Counted from the stretch's first letter, positions 1-13,320 are shown. The stretch is 64,000 nt of DNA from Lama guanicoe (GCA_013239625.1 MU054400.1:3293032-3357031), one strand, 5' to 3'. Numbers and translations are program-made. The notes: generated from the sequence alone by a model not told the origin.

Positions 1-1301
1 CCTTAAGTGGTTCAGCCATTCCCCAAACTCTCTTTCCTGTATTTAGACAACATAGAGGTCTCTGTTTTTTCACCTTTGATGAGAGAAGGTAATTCTCCTA
101 GGGGCCACACCTTGAGCACGGCCAGCTTTTCTGAAACTCCATACCTTCTCTGTTGGCTTCCCCCTCTTTTCCTGACTCCATTCAGTGGTGTCTTGGGGAA
201 CAAGAAAACCTCAGACTAGCCCCAGAAGTAAATTACAAGTTCTGCTCACAGACACTAGCTGCTCATAATATGACCTCCAGGAGCTGTCACACAAAGCCAA
301 GTGAGGCTGGGAGAGATGTACTGACCTTCTCTGGGTAGGAGATCAGGGCAGCTTGTATGCAAGCCTGTGTTTGAGAATTCCAGTCCCAGTGGGGGACGTG
401 GCCCCTGCAGATGTAACATACACCCCACACTGAGACAGCCCCCAGGGCACCTGGAACCAGCCCCAAGTCCTCACCACCGACACCCTAGTCATTCATGGAC
501 AGTGTTGAAAGTGCCCATGTTTACCCATGAGGTGAAGAAAAAAATGGCTCTGTGATGAGTGCCTTTGTGTGTGGGTGTACGTGTGTGAGATATATTAGAA
601 TATCTGCTGTTTGTCAGAATCTCTTATTGGCATTAGCTGTGTTTGCAAAGTGTTCCACTTCTCATTCTGGAGAAAGGACAGTAACAGTTTTAATTACTGG
701 AGCTCCCTGCTGGATGAACTGCAAAGGATGGAGAGCTGCAGATAGAGCTGTGATTTGACAGACATGTCGTACAGAATGATACCCAGAAATCTCACTGTTT
801 GATCATCTGTATTGACTGAGAAGACTCCTGGTTCAGAGGCGTGGAGGCGGGAGGATCTTTCCTAACCTTGCCACTTCCCATCCCAAAATGGACTTTGAGT
901 TTGAGGATGAGGGCTGAAACAATGTCTCCCCATTGACTAGTATCCCTCGCTTGAAGAAGCATCTCAGAATCCACTCATGCGAAAACATGGAAGCATCTGA
1001 GGTCCATTGGAATATTCCAATAATTAAAATACAACCCCCTTGGACTTTTCAACTGCTAGAATGAAGACGAGCTGCCCCATCACCTCTTTCTACAGGTGAG
1101 GACATCTGAGACCCACAATGAGGCAATGCTGAGAGGCAAACCTAGCCTCGTGTTTTCGGCAGGTCCTCTCCCCACTGGACCATGCTGGGTCCACCGAGCA
1201 CTGTTGTAAAGTGTCATTTACAAAGAAATACTCACTGCTTTCAGTCTCCAGCTCCTGCAGGTCCCCTTTGGAACCACATTTAATACTCCAGCTCCCTTCT
1301 T

Positions 1302-1651
1302 CCTGTCTGCTTGCACTGCCATAACAAACTATGACAGACCAGGTGGCTTAAACAACAGGAATGTATTTGCTCACAATTCTGAAGGCTAGAATTCCAAGAT
1401 CAAGGTGCTCTCTGGCGAGAGCTCTCCCCTGCATTGCAGTTGGCTGTCTTTTCATGTGACCTCGCCCTGTGTCTGCACGGGGCCGGAGGGGAGCTCTTTC
1501 CTCTTCTTATAAGGCCACCAATTCTATCAGGTAAGGACCCAACCTCATTTAACCTTAATAACCTCCCAAAAGCTGTATTTCCAAATACAGTCACACTTGG
1601 GGTTAGGACTTCAACATATGAATTTAGGGGGAACACAATTCAATCTCTAGC
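1302..1651 (-). mobile_element. MaLR (MLT1-type) solo LTR
   Basis: Typical antisense MLT1 motifs: GCCATAACAAA..GGTGGCTTAAACAACAG..CTCACAATTCTGAAGGCTAG..TCCAAGATCAAGG and GGACTTCAACATATGAATTT..GGGGAACACAATTCA. Confidence 0.85.
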
Positions 1652-2699
1652 CCTTTCACACCCCGCTACTCAAGAATCTGATTTCATAACCCCTGAAATC
1701 CAGCCAAGCATCTGAAGGGCATCAAATATATTAAGAATATCACTTACTGTTTTCAAATACAGCCAGAGCACAATGGCTACAAGTTATCCTTCTAAAACAG
1801 GCAAAGTATTCGCTTCCCTCAGCACAACCGACCCTGATTTGCTGTGTCTAAGTAAAGTGAGTCCTGAACATCTGTTTTGTGTATAGAAGGAAAACAAACA
1901 ATCCAGTGTACCACGTCCTAATTTTAATAATGTCTGGATTTAACATAACAAGGTTGATGTACCACACATAGCACTTGTAAAAGTGGGACTCAACCCGTGT
2001 TGTTTTCACCTGCCCCCAAGCAGCCAGTTAAATACCATGAGCTGAGGCGCCAGCTAACACAGAGGCCAGGCAGCCTCATTACTGATAAGGTGAATTTCAT
2101 CAGTGACTTCTGCTAAGTGCCTGTGAGTCAGTCCCAAAATTTAAAACACAAATACAGAGCATGAATGGAAGCATCTCCCAAGTGGGTGGAATTCCTCCTG
2201 CCTCTCTCCGCACACCCATTTCACCTCGCCGGGTCACCTACCTGTAAACCCCTTTGCCTACTGGCAACCGGCATTGTATGAGACAGGAGCTTAGGACCCT
2301 CAAAAACAGAAATAACAAGATGTGCTGCCTTTTGTATATTTGCAAATCTGGGTTAGTGCATGCATTGGGAGGAGTCCTCGGATCCAACAAGCAGCATGTG
2401 TCTGCACATTTGAGGCTCCGCAAAAGAAAGAGAAGGAAAAGACAACATTTAATTCTACCTGAGGAAATAACCTGTCCAGCAGCTGGTGGCATTCAGCCAT
2501 GGGCAGCACAGAATAACGCTGTTTGTGCCCAGACGTGTCTGGGGTCTGCAAACCACCCAGCTGAAGCACCAGGCAATTTACAGACACAGAACCCAAATGT
2601 TTGTGTTTTTTTTTTAAAAAGCATAATGTTCTTAATAACCGAAGAAATGGAAAATGTAAATACACGTAAGTTTTCACTTATCCTACTGGTAATTTAAAA

Positions 2700-4895
2700 A
2701 GAAACAATAGACCTCATTTTGGGGAAGAGAGTGGAAAACCCTATAAGCTGTGGCTGAGAATGACAACTGATACACTTTTTTCCAGGTTGATAATTTTGCA
2801 CTAGGAATCGAAAGCCCTAAAATTTACACTTCATTTGACGCTGGAATTCCAAACTTACCCTAAGGAAATAATTATGGATAAGCACAAACATGAAGCTATG
2901 ACATCCGTCACAGGGCTGTTTATAAGAGGGAAATAATGTTGGGTGTATCAGCTAAAGAACACCTACCTAGTTGAATAGTAGGCAGCAATTTAAAATTTAC
3001 CTTGGAAAGGTGTTCATGGACTGTTAAGATTTCTTTTTTTTTTTTTAACATTTTTTATTGATTCATAATCATTTTACAATGTTGTGTCAAATTCCAGTGT
3101 AGAGCACAATTTTTCAGTTATACATGAACATATATATATATTCATTGTCACTTTTTTTCTCTGTGAGCTACCACAAGATCTTGTATGTATTTCCCTGTGC
3201 TATAAAGTATAACCTTGTTTATCTATTCTACATTTTGAAATCCCAGTCTGTCCCTTCACACTCTTCGCCCCCTTGGCAACTACAAGTTTGTATTCTGTGT
3301 CTATGAGTCTGTTTCTGTTTTGTTTGTTTGTTTGTTTTTGTTTTTTCAGATTCCACATATGAGCAATCTCATATGGTATTTTTCTTTCTCTTTCTGGCTT
3401 ACTTCACTTAGAATGACATTCTCCAGGAGCATCCATGTTGCTGCAAATGGCATTATGTTGTCAGTTTTCATGGCTGAGTAGTATTCCATTGCATAAATAT
3501 ACCACATCTTCTTTATCCAGTCATCTGTTGATGGACATTTAGGTTGTTTCCATGTCTTGGCTATTGTAAATAGTGCTGCTATGAACATGGGGGTGCAGGT
3601 GTCATCCTGAAGTAGGGTTCCTTCTGGATATATGCCCAGGAGTGGGATTCCTGGGTCATATGGTAAGTCTATTCCTAGTCTTTTGAGGAATCTCCACACT
3701 GTTTTCCACAATGGCACCAAACTGCATTCCCACCAGCAGTGTAGGAGGGTTCCATTTTCTCCCCAGCCTCTCCAGCATTTGTCATTTGTGTATTTTTGAA
3801 TGGTGGCCATTCTGACTGGTGTGAGGTGATACCTTATTGTAGTTTTGATTTGTATTTCTCTGATAATTAGGGATATTGAGCATTTTTTTCATGTGCCTAT
3901 TGATCATTTGTATGTCTTCCTTGGAGAATTGCTTGTTTAGGTCTTCTGCCCATTTTTGGGTTGGGTTGTTTGTTTTTTTCTTATTAGGTCGTATGAGCTG
4001 TTTATATATTCTGGAGATCAAGCCTTTGTCAATTTCATTTGCAAAGATTTTCTCCCATTCTGTAGGTTGTCGTTTTATTTTACTCATGGTTTCCTCTGCC
4101 GTGCAGAAGCTTGTAAGTTTCATTAGGTCCCATTTGTTTATTCTTGCTTTTATTTCTATTGCTTGAGTAGACTATTCTAGGAGAGCATTTTTGAGATGTA
4201 TGTGAGATAATGTTTTGCCTATATTTTCTTCTAGGAGGTTTATTGTATCTTGTCTTATGTTTAAGTCTTTGATCCGTTTTGAGTTGATTTTTGTGTATGG
4301 TGTAAGGGAGTGTTCTAGCTTCATTGCTTTACATGCTGCTGTCCAGTTTTCCCAACACCCTTTGCTGAAGACCATTTGTCTTTATTCCGTTGTATATTCT
4401 TGCCTCCTTTGTCAAAGATTAGTTGACCCAAAGTTTGTGGGTTCATTTCTGGGCTCTCTATTCTGTTCCATTGGTCCATATGTCTGTTTTTGTACCAATA
4501 CCATGCTGTCTTGATGACTGTAGCTCTACAGTATTGTCTGAAGTCTGGGAGAGTTATTCCTCTAGCCTCTTTCTTTTTCTTTAGTAATGCTTTGGCAATT
4601 CTAGGTCTTTGATGGTTCCATGTAAATTTTATTATGATTTGTTCTAGTTCTGTGAAATATGATGGACTGTTAAGTTTTAAGGTAGGTTACTGAACAATAC
4701 GATCTCACATTTACGAACACTTAGTATATCTGTATAAATATATAAATGATCCAAACTCATAGAAAAACACTCAAAGGATATACCTAAAATGTCCATGGTT
4801 ATCTATAATGAGATCATGAATGATATTTATTTTGTTTTTGCTTTCTCATAGTTTCTACATTTTCTTCAAATAACATGCAACTTTTTCTAATAAAA
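2700..4895 (+). mobile_element. Old L1M 3' fragment (about 2700-3015 and 4679-4895) split by a younger L1
   Basis: Degenerate L1ME-like 3' sequence on both sides of the insertion; boundaries approximate. Confidence 0.5.
3033..4661 (-). mobile_element. 5'-truncated young LINE-1 (ORF2 C-terminus, 3'UTR, polyA) with 17-bp TSD
   Basis: ORFs 4172-4375, 3782-4123 and 3346-3810 translate to the L1 ORF2p C-terminus ([40 protein letters not shown]) broken by frameshifts; poly-T at about 3034-3046; TSD ATGGACTGTTAAG(A/T)TTT at 3016-3032 and 4662-4678. Confidence 0.97.
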
Positions 4896-5509
4896 GATGT
4901 TTTTCAAGCAGAATTTTACAAGCTTTAAGGGAAAACCAACAGTCCAAAAAGCTTATGTTTCTCCCATCAAACTAAATGACTTTCATTTACTGCTTCCAAA
5001 GATCTTGCTGCCTCTCTCTCTCCCCTGATCTGCGTCCAACTCGGTAATAATTTCCTTCACATCATGAAAAAATTATCTAAAACCCCAAGCTCACTCATTC
5101 AATTAACTCCCTACCTCTTCCTTACTCAATATTCAATTAACATTGAATCACTTTAAGTCTTGCTATTTTAAAACCTGCTCTAGCTAATCTGTTTTTTTTT
5201 TTTAAATGGCCAGACTTCTTTTTACTTGTGAGCCTTGGAACAGATCTGAGAACACGGGGATCTTCATAAACAGGTCACTCCGTTGTTCTGCGCCCATTCT
5301 CTGAAGTCCAGTCGGTGTGTAAGCAAAATGGAACAAGTTAGAGGCTTCCAGCCTATTGCAGTGGCGTGCCAAGGAAGGCAGAGGGTGGCCTGGTAGGACA
5401 CGATAATTCCTGACACAGGTCAAGGTGAAAATCTTGTTTAAAATGCGTCACCCCACATAGTTGTGTAGGATGCATACTGCAACCCTGGCCGTGTTGTGTA
5501 GGGGGTGCT

Positions 5510-5600
5510 CCAGCCCCTGTCCACAGTCAGCACCCCTGTGTGACTTTGGACAAGCAATTTAATTGCTCAGGGCATCAGTTACATCATTTCTAAAACTATA
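5510..5600. mobile_element. MIR fragment
   Basis: CTGTGTGACTTTGGACAAGCAATTTAA..CTCAGGGCATCAGTT..CATTTCTAAAA matches the MIR core. Confidence 0.6.
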
Positions 5601-5609
5601 GCATTGATA

Positions 5610-5696
5610 GGGAGGGGGAGATAGCTCAGTGGTAGAGCGCATGCTTAATATGCACAAGGTCCTGGGTTCAATCCCCAGTACCTCCATTTAAAAAAA
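5610..5696 (+). mobile_element. tRNA-derived SINE (camelid vic-1-like)
   Basis: G-rich head, A box TAGCTCAGTGG, B box GGTTCAATCC, CAGTACCTCC, A-rich tail. Confidence 0.9.
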
Positions 5697-6289
5697 TTTT
5701 TTTACCTATGTCATCATTTCTAAAATGACATCTACACTGATAGACTTTTGTGTCCTTTTTAACACCATTGTGTTACTCTAACAAACCCTTTATATAATGA
5801 TTCAAGCCCCTTTAAAGTAGCTCACAGCCCAGTTATCACTCCAACTGCATTTCTCTTCGTTGCTGTGTATACTGAAGACATTTAACCTACTTGACAGCTA
5901 TTCCAATACTTATTACGTCTTATGATAAGAGATTCCTTTGGGCCTTTTCCTCTGGTCTCTCCATCTTTCATTTTCTCCCTGTTCCATCTTCCCACAATGA
6001 TTCAGGCTCCACGGGAATCGCTTATTTACCTCTGCGGACTGGGGCTTGGCTCTTTATTTTTTTTAACCTGAGGGAAGTTAGTCATTTGAAATGCTTTGAT
6101 CTATTACAACTTACCACGTATGTTGTTATTTCAAAGTAAAAAGAGAGGCGGTCAGGAAACAGAAGAGCAAGAGCAATAAGAGATATCACCTAGGTGGCCC
6201 ACAAGTCGAACTAATTTCCTGTGAAGTTTGCAAGACGTAGCACTGTTCCCAAACCAAAGCAAAAATCTCCTGACCCCCTCAATCCAAGA

Positions 6290-7180
6290 CAAAAGCGATC
6301 AATGCTAAGTCAGCATGCTGGCGAGGGTGCGGACACTCATACATCGCTGGTGGGAGTGTACAGTGACACAGCCCCTCTGCAAAAGAGGGAGGCAGTTTCT
6401 CATAAAACTGAACATGCATCTGGCACACGGCCGGACAGATACAATCCTGGGCACTTATGCCAGAGAAATGGAAAGTTACATTCACACAAATACCTGGACG
6501 CAGATGGTCATAGCAGCTTTATCCACAATGACCCAAAACAAGAACCAACTGAAATATCCTTCAGTGGGTGAAAGGTTAAAGAGCCTCTGATACATCCAAA
6601 CCACAAAATGACCACTTTTCAATAAAAAGGCACAAACTATTGAGGCCCACAACAACTTGGATGGATCTGAAGGGAGATATACTGAGTGAGAAAAAAAATC
6701 TCAAAGGTTACACCTGTATGATCCCTTCAAAAAAATTTTTTTTAATTGAACCATAGTTGACTTATAATACTGTGTTAGTTTCAGGTGTACAGCAAAGTGA
6801 TTCAATTATACATATATATTTATATACATAAATTCTTTTTCTGATTCTTTTCCATTCTAGGTCTGTATGATTCTTTTTACATAACATTCTGGAAATAACA
6901 GTTATAGAAATGGACGAGAGTCACGGTTGCTAGCACTGGTCAGGGGGAGGAGGAGAAGGAGGTGGCTGTGGTTATAAAATATAGCCCAAGGGATTCTTGC
7001 AATGGAACTATCTTCTATCTTCAGTGCGGCAGTGGTCACTCAAATCTACACGGGTGATAAAATAACACAGAATTGACTCTACACAAGTGAGCACGTGTAA
7101 AACCGGTAACATCCACATAAGGTCACTGGGTTGTGTCAATATCATCAATATCAATTTCCTGGGTTTGATATTGGGAGAGG
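6290..7180 (+). mobile_element. Old L1M (L1MB/MC-like) 3' fragment
   Basis: CTCATACATCGCTGGTGGGAGTGTA..ATAGCAGCTTTATCCACAAT..ACAACTTGGATGGATCTGAAGGG..GTTATAGAAATGGA, degenerate ORF2 end and 3'UTR. Confidence 0.8.
6736..6862 (-). mobile_element. Short L1 3'-tail insertion inside the older L1
   Basis: TTTTTAATTGAACCATAGTTGA..TTTCAGGTGTACAGCAAAGTGATTCA; flanked by imperfect direct repeats CTGTATGATCCCTT / CTGTATGATTCTTT. Confidence 0.8.
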
Positions 7181-7469
7181 GAATTATGCGAGAGGCCGAG
7201 AGAGAGATCAATGCTAACAGCACATATATGGACAATAAAGAGCCAGAATCGACTTAGCGTATTGAGTTTTTCCTGTAAAGCTTTCTTATCGAATAGAAAT
7301 GCAAGTCTTCCCTATAGTCCACATTCCCTGAAATATTCAATTATCCCTAAATTTAGGTATTCTATTTTGTGGTGGTTGTCATGGTGATGTTTTTAAAAAA
7401 GGAAAACTGGAAACTGCCATACAAAGATCCTATGTTCTCCAAGTCGCCGGAATAGTATCTTCTGAGTGG

Positions 7470-7839
7470 AGCACAGGCCAGTGGTTCCCCGCCCGCGGGC
7501 TGGGCCAACCTCAGAGGTCACCTGCAGGCACAACGCCAGACAGTTGACAGCTCAGGAGCAGCCGTCAAGCAAGGAAGGGCGAAGGCTGGTGGATACGCAG
7601 CATCTTCCTCCTGCACGGTGAGATGAACCTGAGGTGTGATCTGCACCATCTCTCAAAGGACCCCCAGCAGGACTGAGCCTCAGCTGCCCACGGCAGTAAT
7701 CTGCCCTTGGTCACATCTTTTATGGGCTCTTCCTTCTTTCCCGTCTCTCTCCCATCTCACGCTTTCCATCTCCCAAATAAACCACTTACACCCATTTGCT
7801 TGTCTCAGGGTCTGCTCTGGAAGGACCCAAACCCAGACA
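7470..7839 (+). mobile_element. ERVL LTR (LTR16-like)
   Basis: Ends CTCCCAAATAAACCACTT..GTCTCAGGGTCTGCTCTGGAAGGACCCAAACCCAGACA, a typical LTR16 3' end; start approximate. Confidence 0.7.
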
Positions 7840-9549
7840 CTGGCACTGAGGACACCTGGGTGCAGATTCCAGGGTCTGTTCCCCTGGCAACTGGTTTTAC
7901 CTTCCTTAATCAGTACCACTCTCAAAAGGAAACTGCTGCAAACTTCACTGAGATTTAACACAATACAGTTTATTTGTTTAAGACTGATGGCAACACCTTT
8001 GGATAAGTACATTCTTGGCCATTTCAGAATTTTCTCTCCGATGTGCCTGATAACAAATACTGACATTGACCATTAGGCTGTTTGTTTAACAACCGACTAT
8101 AAAACCTTTTTCATACAGGTTACTTCTGCTGAAGTAAATCTGCATTCAGTGTGGCCCTCTTTAGAAAATTTCCATGTTTGTGTTCTAGATTCTAGAAGCC
8201 CCTCCTGGACCCACAAACCCAATGGTCCCATCAATAGGGTCAAGGTGTTGGCCACTTTCGAGGCTCCCTACGTGACTTAGGAAATTCAAATTACAGCAAA
8301 CCCTGATCTGAAAATAAAGAAAGTTGAAGGATGCTTTGGGATCCTGAAACTCACACTAAATATAACCCACCTAGACTAATGCCCAGCTAGAGTCCCATCA
8401 GTGGATATCTCGAATCACTCTTTCCTGAATCTTGGCTGGTAGCAGGACTGCCCTCCCCTGGCACCATTGTCAATGGTTCTGCGATAAGTATGTATATGTC
8501 TGGGTATGTCTAGTTAAACAGACAAATCTCTAAATATACTTTTAGAGGCTTGGGGATCAAGTAGCTGAAAGAAAAATGGACTGAGAGTCTGAATATTTAG
8601 AACTCAGCTGTGCCTGTGCCTGGGGGAGGGGTTGCAATTTTGGCCCCGTCCCTTGGACTTCCTGGGTCTCTATTTACTTATTAGCAAAATGAAAGGTTTG
8701 CATTAGGTGAGAATTAAAACCAAGCTCTGTTCCAGCTTGACAAGTCTGTGATTCCAGACAGTGTTTTTGTTCAAGAGAAGTGGGATCTGGGACAGTATTG
8801 TCATCCATGCACTAATTCAGTTGACATTTACTGAGCAGCATCTGCATAGCAAGCGCTGTGTAAGGGTCACCAGACTGTTACCATGCGTGAACAGAAAAGC
8901 CTGCCCCAGCCTCTGCCATGAAGGAGCTACTCGAGAATCTGGAAGTACAGACTGGGGTCACCTTTCTGGCTCTATCTGACTCTCAGTGTTGGGGTCACCG
9001 CCACATCCTCAAAGAGGCCAGCAGAGAAAATGTTTAGGACCATCTTCAGGACAAGGGTGCCATTCAGTGCCTAGGGCACAGGACACAAGGGAAACTTCCC
9101 AGTGTATTGTGGATGGACACCACTGGCCGTGCTGGCTCAAGAGGGCAGGGAGTTTGGCCTTCCTCTGATTTGACGGCACCAGACTGACATGTGTCCTAAT
9201 ATCTACTTAGCATTGGAACCCTCTGTCTCCACCGCTGCCCTTTGCACCACCTCCTGTCTCACCAACTAAATAATCCATGTAATGGGAAGGCCCGTAGGAA
9301 AGAAATGTTAACATCTGCTCAGTCCTCAAGCCTTTAAAATGAAACCTGGTACCGAAAAGCAAGGCACTTAGAATAGCAAGAACAAGTATGAAAAATATTT
9401 CAAAAACAACAAATTACACCTTTTAAATACGTGTAGCCTATTTTAGTTCAATTTTATTTCAATAAAACTTTTTTTTTTAATTAGGGAAATCACCATGTGG
9501 ATATCAGAAACATTCCAGACATAGGCCTGTGCAAAATCTCGGCCATGAG

Positions 9550-10090
9550 GTCATTTATGACTGTGCCACCCACCCCAGGGTAACACTGTCTTATGTTTTG
9601 TGATTATTATCCCCTTGCTGTTTTTAAAAATATGTTTACTCTATATGTAGCTTAATTCTGTCAGTTTTTTACCTTTGTATAAATAAAATCATATTTAATA
9701 TATTCTTCTGTAATTTGCTTTTCTTGATCTACAGTTTGTTAGTAACATTCATGCATGTTGACATGTGGAATAGTAATGCATTCGTTTTCATTGCTGCATA
9801 GTATTCCAAAATGATTTCTTTCATTCATTCTGCTCTTAATAGACCTCTGTGTTGCTTCCAGTGTTTTACCATTTCAAACATCGCTGTTCTGTGTGCACAA
9901 CAATTTCCTCTGGGTACACTTAATCATAGACTTGCCCGGGCAGGACATACATGCACCTTCCCCTCTATTAAATAACTATGAAATGACTTTCCAAGTACTT
10001 GCATCAGTTTACCCTCTCATCAGCAATATATGAGGGATCTGGTTGCTTTCTATCCTGCCTTATAACACTTTATAAGTTCAGATATTCTAA
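9550..10090 (-). mobile_element. Old L1ME-type fragment
   Basis: Antisense L1 motifs TTTTCATTGCTGCATAGTATTCCA and CAGTTTACCCTCTCATCAGCAATATATGAG. Confidence 0.7.
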
Positions 10091-10779
10091 ATGTTACCAA
10101 TCTGGGGTATGTAAAACGCATCACCAGCTGGTCTATAATTCACATTTCCAAGGATTACTTCTTTGCACGTCAGTTTTCCCTCCCTGATGTTCAGATCCTG
10201 AAAGGTGGGAAGCATGCATAGCTCAGCTTGGTGGCTCCAGCCTGGAGCAGAGTGTGTCTGGCACACAGGACCAACTGATGTTAGTAGAATGAATACATGA
10301 TGGTAGTTCACAGGGTTCCCAATCTTCAAGGCCCAGAAGGGAACAAAATAAGATGCCAGGGTGTGGAAGAGAGAAGGGCAGTAGATGGTTGGTTGATCCC
10401 ATCTCCTGCCAAGTTAGATCTCACCAACCACGGCAGGAGAGGGGTCAAGGGAACAGAAGCACAGAGCTGGGAGGAAGGAATCCTGCCTTGCTTTCTTTTC
10501 ATTGTCATTAAATCCTCTGTCACATGCACTGAGACCTCATGTTAGAACATCAAGTGCAGTTAGGAGCAGAAGGGGGAAATGGTGCTTACTTTGTCATCTT
10601 TCTCTGCTTCAGAGTGATTGGCACCCAGGCAGGACCAAGAGTAGGAATTGCTGCTCAACCAGCCTCATCTCAGGGAAATTTATTTGATGTTTGTCTCCAT
10701 TTCTCAGACAGAGACCAAAGATGGGCCCCTCCAGAGGGGGAGCAGTGAGCAGGGTGAATGCTGAGTGAGTATTAAGTCC

Positions 10780-11120
10780 ACTGAGAGCTGGAAATCAGCC
10801 ATCAGTGACGCTGGTGCTGAGCAAAGCCCTTACGGCAGCCTCGCTGGGCTGCCGCTGTCACGATGGGCTGCAAGGTTAGACTCCCACCACCTGCCTGTTT
10901 CCCCTCCACCCCCCTACCCCCACCCCCATCCACCAGCAGTGCATTTCTAGCAGCTGCCTCTTTGCAGAAATCTGCACTGAAATTAAACCCATCAAACTGT
11001 CAGCCCTGTTGCCGGGGCTGCTCCAGTGTCAGCCCATGTCATGACAACCGATGATAGAAATGCTGCTATTCAGGCTTCATGGGGAGCGTCTGTTTCCTAT
11101 TTTAAATCGCTTTAAAAAGA
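10780..11120. promoter_or_regulatory. Candidate enhancer-like unique sequence
   Basis: No recognisable repeat; retains CpGs; several CTGTCA/TGACAG (MEIS/TGIF-type) sites, ATCAAA (TCF-like) and TGACG; adjacent C-run cluster. Confidence 0.3.
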
Positions 11121-12399
11121 AGCTGAGCAAGGTGCCTGCTGCGCGGGGCAGTGAGGGATGTGCAGGCTCGCAGGCAGGCTTCCTACGTGCTGGGGGTGGC
11201 ACTTCCTCTAGAATTTAGGAAGCCAGCGGGGGAGGGGGACGGGGATCTAAAAAGAACAGCCTTAGGAGGGAGGTGGGGAGAGAAAGGGAAGGGATCAACA
11301 GGAGTCTTGTCTTCTTCGTGGGGTCCTCCTCTTCTTAAACACCACCCAGCACACGCTTCTTTGTAAACCCAGCCTAGTGGCCCTGGGCTAAAACTCAGTC
11401 TGGCACTGTCAGGACTGTAGGGAGGGGTGCCCACCAATTTGAGAGGCTTTGTCCCCAGGCAACTCCAAATTCCAAGGCTTCTGAAATACTGGAGATTCTC
11501 TCCTCCAGCCCTTCCAGATGCATTGGCATTGACAGCGTGGAGAGAGGGGGTGGAACGGAGTGAGGGTTTCTCACCCCAACACAAACAGCCTCCCCTTTGA
11601 CAGGCCTGTGATTCAGGATCGCTCAGCAACAGAAAACCTGGGGGTATAAACAGCATTGGCTGAGTCCCCGCTGCTTCCCTGTCTTTTAGGAGCAGGCGCA
11701 CGCGCACGCGCACATAGGATAAAGGGGTATTTGTGATGGTTAAATGGCCCAAGACACAGATGAAGCACGTTCACGTTCAGCACCTGAGCACAGAAGAGGA
11801 AGGAATCTTAGCATCCACCTCTGCCCCTCCCCATGATGTAGGATTGAGCGAACTGAAGCCCAGAGAAGTGATCTGTCCAAAATTGCAAAGCCTGATAGCG
11901 ACAAATAAGGGAAGGGATCCCAGAATCCTTTGCACCTGTCTTTTGGGGCTGAGTTTGACCAAACCCCCAAAAACTAATCAGGAATGCTTTCTCTCGAGAA
12001 ACACAGAGAAAGTGGAAGCCTTACAGAGAATCAAAGAAAGGTTTATCTGAGATGATTCTGGAAATGACAAAAGATCAGAGAGCACCCACTTTAAAAACAG
12101 ATTTTTTTAAAATGTAGACACAGCAGATTTACCTTATTGAAACAGGATTAGAGTGAATGTTGAGGGAGCCTTTAGACAATGCCAAGTACGTGTGAGGCGT
12201 CAGTCCTCAGGGATGCAGAGGGCGAGGAATGTCCCGGACAGCTTGCTGCCCGGTGGCCGACCTTCCAGGAAGAGATCTCACCTTGGCCAAGCAGGTGTTT
12301 GTCCACAGCCAAGTTCCGAGCCCTCTCTGGGGCTTTCTACAGACAGGAGAAGAGACTCAAGAAGAGCAACATGATGTGGATGGTAGCAGCAGCCCCGGC

Positions 12400-12600
12400 T
12401 TTCGCTGAATGTATTTCGTATGCCAGGCTCTGTTCTGAGACTCTTGTGTTAATTAATGTATTTGGCCCTCCCAGAAACTCTGAGTAGATGCCAGTCCTCT
12501 CCGCTTTGTATCTGCAGATGAGCAACCTGAGAAAGTCAAACAGACACTGTCAGAGCCAATTTGAATGGAGTCTGCCCCAGATCACACTTTCAGCCCTGCT
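12400..12600. mobile_element. MIR
   Basis: GCTGAATGTATTTCGTATGCCAGGCTCTGTTCTGAG..CAGATGAGCAAC..GAGCCAATTTGAA. Confidence 0.6.
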
Positions 12601-12745
12601 GGTGTACAGGATGTGGGGTCAAAGATGTACACTCTAGTCCCACCTCTGCTCTGGCAAGCCAGCTTCCTCTGGTCGTCCTTGGTGACTTCCAGGGAGATGA
12701 CCAGACTGGGTCTGGCTCCGCCGTACGTGCGGGACTTTGGGCACG

Positions 12746-13320
12746 TGTGCAGTGAGGGGTGAACCCAGCAGGCCTGGGATACCCAAACCCTGCACATTCC
12801 AAAGGACTTACTAGCTCCTGAAAAATAATCTCTGAGCCACTGGGAAATCCTGCTTGATAAGAGCGTCCCTGTGTAGCTGGGGCCTTGGGCCCCACCAGAG
12901 AGTTTACGTTGACAACGTGTTTATGGTGGGGGACTTCGGCCACACTTGATCAGTTTGACCTGAGGGGTGGGCTGGAGATGTAATAACTAGGGTGAGTCAT
13001 GGGGGCTTGCCTGCCCCCCTATTAACTCCCCAACAGAAGCCCTGGACACCAAGGTTTGGGGGAGCTTCCCTGGTTACAAGGCTTTGTCATCACACCTCGT
13101 AGCAGGTGAATTAAGCCCTGTCCATTGACCACGCAGGGGCACGCCTGCAAGCTCGCACCTGACTTGTCCTGGACTCCACCCTGAGCCTTGTTTCCTTCTG
13201 TTGCGGACTTTATGTGTTTTCACTGTAACAAACTGTAACTGTGACTCTGTTTTTCTGAGTCCTGTGAGAACTTCTAGTGAATCGTGGAGCCGGCGTGTGA
13301 ACTTAACGCCCCCCGGCACA
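12746..13320 (+). mobile_element. ERVL-class LTR (MER21-like)
   Basis: CCCTGGACACCAAGG..GGGAGCTTCCCTGG..CTGTAACAAACTGTAACTGTG..TTCTGAGTCCTGTGAG..CTAGTGAATC, ending in CACA. Confidence 0.7.

Noticed and set aside
2254..2697. 147-aa ORF with an NLS-like RKRKRRKR stretch
   Set aside because: The basic run comes from an A/G-rich tract; overlapping ORFs on both strands; no homology recognised
3346..4375. Cellular protein-coding ORFs
   Set aside because: Frameshifted L1 ORF2p C-terminus within a truncated element
5228..5300. Possible first coding exon MGAEQRSDLFMKIPVFSDLFQGSQ on the minus strand
   Set aside because: Weak donor (CAA|GTAAAA) and no recognisable protein
5610..5696. tRNA gene (also 36893, 44285, 46871)
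   Set aside because: A and B boxes are present, but the copies are dispersed and diverged, have A-rich tails and in some cases TSDs, and show no proper acceptor stem; they are SINEs
11183..11752. 189-aa ORF, the longest in the window
   Set aside because: No recognisable domain; composition reflects GC-rich noncoding sequence
11776..11800. REST/RE1 site (TTCAGCACC; also near 53406)
   Set aside because: Only the left half-site is present; GGACAG is missing at the correct spacing
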